Below are positions 28,201 through 32,000 of a stretch of 32,000 nucleotides of DNA, one piece after another. The notes under the pieces are model-generated. The model saw only the letters and a list, made by a program, of their open reading frames with translations, ran no database searches and had not been told where the DNA came from. Source of the stretch: Comamonadaceae bacterium (GTDB taxonomy: Bacteria; Pseudomonadota; Gammaproteobacteria; Burkholderiales; Burkholderiaceae_C); contig CANFJC010000001.1 of NCBI GenBank assembly GCA_947447245.1, positions 16,157 to 48,156 on the forward strand, read 5' to 3'. A program made the translations under genes and the position numbers. Numbering within the stretch: position 1 is the first letter of the stretch; the number at the start of each line of letters is the position of its first letter.

Positions 28201-29266
28201 TGGCGCCCTTTTCAGCCTCAGCATAAGAAAGGCTGATGTTGCCACCTGGCCAATGCAAACCATCGGCGGTGTCAAAGCGCAAACCTTCGGTGGAAAAATC
28301 AAAGCCATTGGCCATGGGCTTGAATGACACACGTCCTGCAATGCTTTTGAATGACAGGCTTTCCAACTCGGGGCTGAGTTGCGCTTTGGCATTTTCTAGC
28401 ACCAGGTCGGCAGTGGCCTTTTGAATGTTGCCATGGTTTAAATCCAGCCACATGCGCAAGGCGCCTTGGCCTTGCGTGGCGTTGACTTTCCACGGCAGGT
28501 GAGGCCCCAGTTGTGACAGATTCACATCTGAGAATTCAGCATGAAGCTGACCGCTCCAATCTTTGACGCGCCCTGGATGTATTGACAAAAGGCCACGACG
28601 CAAATCGCCCATCAATAAGAACGGATCGCCCCAACCTGGCGGTGGTGTGGCGTCGAGTCGCCATTGATGTTGGCGTGCAGAATTTCGCAAGACCCAAGAC
28701 ACCTGACTCAAATTCACGGTTGACTTGTCTCTGTTCAATGGGTTGAACTCGTCGGTCCAAGCCACGTTACCGTGCTGCACGAGGATTTCTTTTTGCGCAA
28801 AAACCCAGTCGGCAAAAGCCGAGTCGGGTGAATTGTCTTTTTTCAAGGCAAGACCTGCAATTCGCCACTCGCCACTCTCGGTTCGACGAATGTCCAAGGA
28901 GGGGGATTCAATGACCAGCTGCTCGACGCCGAGGTTCAGCACAGACCGAACGCTGATGGCAAAAATAACTTTGGGCAATGTCAGGGCGCGCCGCCCCTCC
29001 GGGTCCATCAAGCTTAGGTCATGGATTTCGAAAGTTGGCATCCAACCGGATGAAACGGCCAGCAACTTGCCCATGTGGACGGGAACGCCAATGGCTTGCG
29101 AGGCTAAGTTTTCGAATTTGGGCCTGAAGTCTTCAATTCGGGGCACAATCCAAAAATGCAATGCAGTCCAAGCCATGCCCAACAGAAAGCCGCTCACCAA
29201 CAAAACCCACGCGGCAAAGCGCAGGGCACTGCTGCAAACTTGGGCAAGGGTAGAAAACTTCAACAT
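25208..29266 (-). CDS. YhdP-like AsmA-family envelope protein (DUF3971 plus AsmA-like C-terminal region)
   Basis: N-terminal anchor AAWVLLVSGFLLGMAWTALHFWIVPRIEDFRP, a long beta-rich body, and the C-terminus QEFLIDGTWSDPKVTKV typical of YhdP-type proteins. I prefer the ATG at 29266 (1352 aa). The GTG at 29362 or ATG at 29344 would overlap glnE head to head. Confidence 0.82.
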   Translation of the reverse strand: MLKFSTLAQVCSSALRFAAWVLLVSGFLLGMAWTALHFWIVPRIEDFRPKFENLASQAIGVPVHMGKLLAVSSGWMPTFEIHDLSLMDPEGRRALTLPKVIFAISVRSVLNLGVEQLVIESPSLDIRRTESGEWRIAGLALKKDNSPDSAFADWVFAQKEILVQHGNVAWTDEFNPLNRDKSTVNLSQVSWVLRNSARQHQWRLDATPPPGWGDPFLLMGDLRRGLLSIHPGRVKDWSGQLHAEFSDVNLSQLGPHLPWKVNATQGQGALRMWLDLNHGNIQKATADLVLENAKAQLSPELESLSFKSIAGRVSFKPMANGFDFSTEGLRFDTADGLHWPGGNISLSYAEAEKGASAQGRFHGDKLDLLALRNIALQLPLPEPARQSLLEHKLSGLVNPLHIEWTENNSGQDKTYQVKAANGRIDHFYFEAGKPGSSSENWPGIENANISFEMNAEGGHVNASIQKGALQINRILEDPRIPLDKLQAAVKWQHAKNALLVPEWQLSLNNADLTGDFKGSWKPSPLPGSLGVLDLQGNIQQGDASRVHRYLPLNISQSVRHYVRDSVLKGELQNIGVKIKGDLKQLPFTNPKEGEFRFTGKVKELQYAYVPTASANTANRNASSEGIWPIMDNVNGDIVFDRLNFKVNGASGKWGNLPFTQIKAEIPSLKGPVIVNVQGESKASASVVLNELRLSPVSNMLNGALEQASSTGTLTTRLKLSLPLAELEKTSLQGSVALSGNDIRMQSVLPVFEKAQGAIQFTETGFTLMGVNAQFLGGPIKLEGGMRKLAPRSTEANPLIRIQGQVTANGMRQAKEIPALSMLAQHANGASNYTASLGFKGGQSELSIQSQLQGMAFNLPAPLHKKAEEQVAFKFENLVQGFSPTNPNKAQRDQLQMTWGRSLSASYLRDVSGPDPRIIQGRLQVGDNFATPAANLSDSGVSASFNLPSFSIDDWVQVLSPPKSSPAWLSSQSTSFSAATQNYLPTRMTLKANEVTVQGRQLHNVLVSGSREGFLWRANLDAKQFSGYLEYRQPNNQNAGRIYARLARLSLPPSADQTVESLLEDSPLSIPALDIVVEDLELRGKKLGRVEIEAVNTEASLPRNAASREWRLNKLNITLPEASFKASGRWITSREGTQQASTEMNFRLDVSDAGDLLNRLGTKDALRGGAGKLEGQVNWQGSPMTLHYPSLGGRFNVNMGRGQFLQAEPGVAKLLGVLSLQALPRRLLFDFRDVFSAGFAFDTVRGDVLIQQGIASTRNLQMKGVNAVVQMDGSSDIERETQNLRVLILPEVDAGTASLLAGIALNPAIGLSTFLAQLILKQPLSRVNTQEFLIDGTWSDPKVTKVAATAVAP

Positions 29267-29306
29267 TCGAATGACGGTACGGACATAAAGACCTAGGCAG
29301 GGAATT

Positions 29307-32000
29307 ATGACCGCCACAAGCCCATTTGCGACAGACCCAGACATGGATTCAAAACGCCCCACGCCGCTCTCAGAAGGTTCGCGTTTTTTTCAAAGGCTTC
29401 AAAGGCGCTATGCCGATGTCTTTGCCGGCCTGCCATTGGGCGTGCCGCACCGTGAGCTTTTGAATCAGGCCTACCAACAATTGCGCAGCCAAGGCCATGC
29501 GGTCGGCCCCGCTTTGCGTATCTTGCGCCAGTGGGCCATGGCGCGCTTGCTCACATTGGATTGTGAACAAAAGGCGTCACTTGACACCATTACCCTGGGG
29601 GTGACCCATTTGGCGGAACTCGCCCTTGACGAAGCTTGTCAGCAGGCATTTCATGACTTAGATGAACGGCACGGCGCACCGCTGTTGGCCTCTGGCGAAC
29701 GTGCAGAGTTTTGGGTGGTCGGCATGGGCAAGTTAGGCGCCCGGGAGCTCAATGTCTCTAGCGACATCGACCTCATTTATGTGTACGACGAAGATGGCGA
29801 AACAGCTGGCAACGCACAGGGCGCTGGGAAAATTTCGGTGCAAGAGTATTTCGCCCGTGCCGTTAAAGCGCTATTCACCTTGGTTGGCGAGACCACTGAA
29901 CATGGTTTTGTTTTTAGGATGGACTTGGCACTCCGTCCGAACGGCAACTCTGGGCCGAGCGTGGTCTCTTTGGGCGCTTTGGAGGAGTACTTGTTGGTTC
30001 AGGGTCGCGAGTGGGAGCGATTTGCGTGGATGAAAAGCCGAGTCATCGCACCCAGAAGCGCACTTCAAAATGGCTCCGCTGCCAAGCTTCGCAGTGTCAT
30101 TTTGCCCTTTGTCTTCAGACGGTATTTGGACTACAACGTGTTTGAGTCCTTGCGAACTTTGCACCAGCAAATTCGCGATCATGCCGCCAAAAGAAGCGCC
30201 GGACACCCCGAGCGCGCCAACGATGTCAAGCTTTCTAGGGGCGGCATTCGAGAAATTGAATTCACGGTGCAACTCTTGCAGGTGGTGCGAGGCGGCCAGT
30301 TTCCAGAGCTGCGAACGCGCCCTACCCTGGATGCCATACAGCGCGTGGCCAAAGCTGGCCTGATGCCCGCAGAAACCGCACAGGCCTTGACCCAAGCCTA
30401 TGAGTTTTTGCGCAAAGTAGAACATCGGATTCAATATTTAGACGATCAGCAAACACATGTGCTGCCCACGCAGGATGCCGATTTGCAGTGGATTGCCAGC
30501 ACCATGGGGTATGCGGCAAGCCATGATTTCCTGATTGACTTAGATGCCCATCGCGAAGTCGTTGCCCATGAGTTCGACATTTTGTTGGGGGGTGATCGCC
30601 AATGCAAGTCTTGTCCAACGAGTGCGGCCAGCGAGAGGCCCGAGCTAGAGGCTGTGTTGGATCTTTTTCAGGGCGAAGCCCGCGCGCGCTTGGCCCATTG
30701 GCAAGACAGCCCCAAGGTCAAAAGCCTTCGGGACGATGCAAGGGGCCGCCTGATGCGGCTGTTGCAGCGCACTGCGCAATGGCTCCAAGAAGGCCGGGTC
30801 GAAGAGGATGCGGTGGTCCGGATGGCAGACTGGATGGAGCCCTTGATGCGCCGCGAAAGTTATTTGGCCATGATGCTCGAGCGCCCTGCTGTCCATGAGA
30901 GGTTGCTGCGCATGTTGGGCGCAGCCAAATGGCCAGCCCGTTATTTGGTTCAGCATCCTGGCGTGATTGATGAGTTGGCCAATGGCGATGTGTTGCAACA
31001 AAGGTTTGTGGCGCAAGACTTCGAGGCTGAACTTCAGGCTCGGCGGGCCGCCTTGAAAAGAACCCTTGAAGACGACGAAGAGAACTTGTTGAACTTGCTT
31101 CGGCGAGCACACCATGCGGAGGTTTTCCGAACCTTGGCGCGAGATGTGGAGGGGCGTTTGACGGTGGAGCAGGTGGCCGACGATTTGAGTGCCATGGCCG
31201 ATGCCGTTTTGCGCATCACGGCCGAATGGTGTTGGTCATGTTTGAAAAATCGACACCGTGAGGAGCCGCTCTTTGGCATTGTGGCTTACGGCAAATTGGG
31301 CGGCAAAGAGTTGGGGTATGGCAGCGATTTAGACATCGTCTTTGTCTATGAAGACGCCGACGAGCGGGCGCAGGAGGTCTATGGCGGCTTTGTCAGAAAG
31401 CTCATCAATTGGTTCACGGTCAAAACCTCAGAAGGTGATTTGTTTGAAATCGATACGGCGCTTCGCCCCAATGGAAGCTCAGGTTTGTTGGTAACCACTT
31501 TCGCTGCATTCGAGGACTACCAACAGCAAAGAGGCAGTAACACGGCTTGGACGTGGGAGCATCAGGCCATGACGCGTGCTCGCTTCGTGATGGGCCATGA
31601 CGCCATGGCAAGCCGGTTTGACCAAGTGCGGCGCAGCGTCATCAGCGCACCGCGTGATGAAATTTCATTGAAGTCTGAAATCGTGACCATGCGCAATCGG
31701 GTTCGCACGGCGCACACCATCAAGCCCGATCTTTTTGATGTGAAGCACAGCCCAGGTGGCATGGTGGATGCCGAGTTTGCAGTTCAGTATTTGGTCCTCA
31801 TGCAGGCCTGCGCGCACCCAGAAATGGCCGACAATGTGGGCAATATTGCTTTGCTGCAGCGCGCAGAAGCGGCAGGTTTGCTGCCCAAGGACGTCGGCGC
31901 GAAGGCCGCCACCGCTTACCGTGAACTGCGTCGCGTGCAACACAAAGCGCGCTTGAATGAGTCGCCAACTCAGGTGCCACAAGCCGACTTGCACAAAGAA
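29307..32000 (+). CDS. glnE: Bifunctional glutamine synthetase adenylyltransferase/adenylyl-removing enzyme, 3' end cut by window edge
   Basis: I translated the frame with codons starting at 29307 by hand and saw no stop through 32000. It is absent from the track because there is no stop in the window. Both nucleotidyltransferase cores are present: VVGMGKLGARELNVSSDIDLIYVY...FRMDLALRPNG and VAYGKLGGKELGYGSDLDIVFVY...FEIDTALRPNGSSGLL. The N-terminus SRFFQRLQRRYADVF is GlnE-like. An alternative ATG lies at 29343. Confidence 0.9.
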   Translation, partial: MTATSPFATDPDMDSKRPTPLSEGSRFFQRLQRRYADVFAGLPLGVPHRELLNQAYQQLRSQGHAVGPALRILRQWAMARLLTLDCEQKASLDTITLGVTHLAELALDEACQQAFHDLDERHGAPLLASGERAEFWVVGMGKLGARELNVSSDIDLIYVYDEDGETAGNAQGAGKISVQEYFARAVKALFTLVGETTEHGFVFRMDLALRPNGNSGPSVVSLGALEEYLLVQGREWERFAWMKSRVIAPRSALQNGSAAKLRSVILPFVFRRYLDYNVFESLRTLHQQIRDHAAKRSAGHPERANDVKLSRGGIREIEFTVQLLQVVRGGQFPELRTRPTLDAIQRVAKAGLMPAETAQALTQAYEFLRKVEHRIQYLDDQQTHVLPTQDADLQWIASTMGYAASHDFLIDLDAHREVVAHEFDILLGGDRQCKSCPTSAASERPELEAVLDLFQGEARARLAHWQDSPKVKSLRDDARGRLMRLLQRTAQWLQEGRVEEDAVVRMADWMEPLMRRESYLAMMLERPAVHERLLRMLGAAKWPARYLVQHPGVIDELANGDVLQQRFVAQDFEAELQARRAALKRTLEDDEENLLNLLRRAHHAEVFRTLARDVEGRLTVEQVADDLSAMADAVLRITAEWCWSCLKNRHREEPLFGIVAYGKLGGKELGYGSDLDIVFVYEDADERAQEVYGGFVRKLINWFTVKTSEGDLFEIDTALRPNGSSGLLVTTFAAFEDYQQQRGSNTAWTWEHQAMTRARFVMGHDAMASRFDQVRRSVISAPRDEISLKSEIVTMRNRVRTAHTIKPDLFDVKHSPGGMVDAEFAVQYLVLMQACAHPEMADNVGNIALLQRAEAAGLLPKDVGAKAATAYRELRRVQHKARLNESPTQVPQADLHKE

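Noticed and set aside
29370-31994. Minus-strand ORFs of 60-187 aa (for example 29871-30434 and 30645-31115) and plus-strand off-frame ORFs
   Set aside because: All lie within and out of frame with, or antisense to, the uninterrupted glnE reading frame.
1-32000. Search for CRISPR arrays, IS/transposase genes, integrases, tRNA/rRNA genes, riboswitches and defence-system genes
   Set aside because: I saw no repeat-spacer periodicity. No non-coding stretch is long enough for structured RNAs except 17219-17515, which is AT-rich and lacks tRNA-like arms. Every long ORF has a housekeeping assignment.

Overview
The window is a densely packed, mostly housekeeping chromosomal segment with roughly 50-55% GC by eye. 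Gene content and order (mnmG-rsmG...parA...parB, and glnE divergent from a YhdP-like gene) look like a betaproteobacterium of the Burkholderiales/Comamonadaceae type. That placement is inferred from recognised protein motifs only, because no search was possible. I call 23 protein genes and find no rRNA, tRNA, CRISPR array, IS element or prophage. Two genes run off the window edges, which distorts the ORF track. The PhoD-like gene is open from base 1. A nearly complete glnE (29307..32000, +) is missing from the track because it has no stop in the window. Several track starts are upstream TTG/GTG extensions, and I give the more plausible ATG starts instead. I see no convincing novel multi-gene system such as a defence island. 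The observations most worth a second look are listed below.
- Three consensus parS palindromes lie inside the rsmG and mnmG coding sequences.
- A 297-bp AT-rich spacer between convergent genes (17219..17515) carries a cluster of DnaA boxes. It is a candidate oriC or a datA/DARS-like DnaA locus.
- An unlisted 48-codon membrane-protein ORF with a strong Shine-Dalgarno sits between the response regulator and mltA.
- A LysE exporter and a serine hydrolase are embedded in the rsmG-parA-parB operon.
- Two divergent gene pairs have overlapping start codons.
- The DapD is of the long, actinobacterial-like form.
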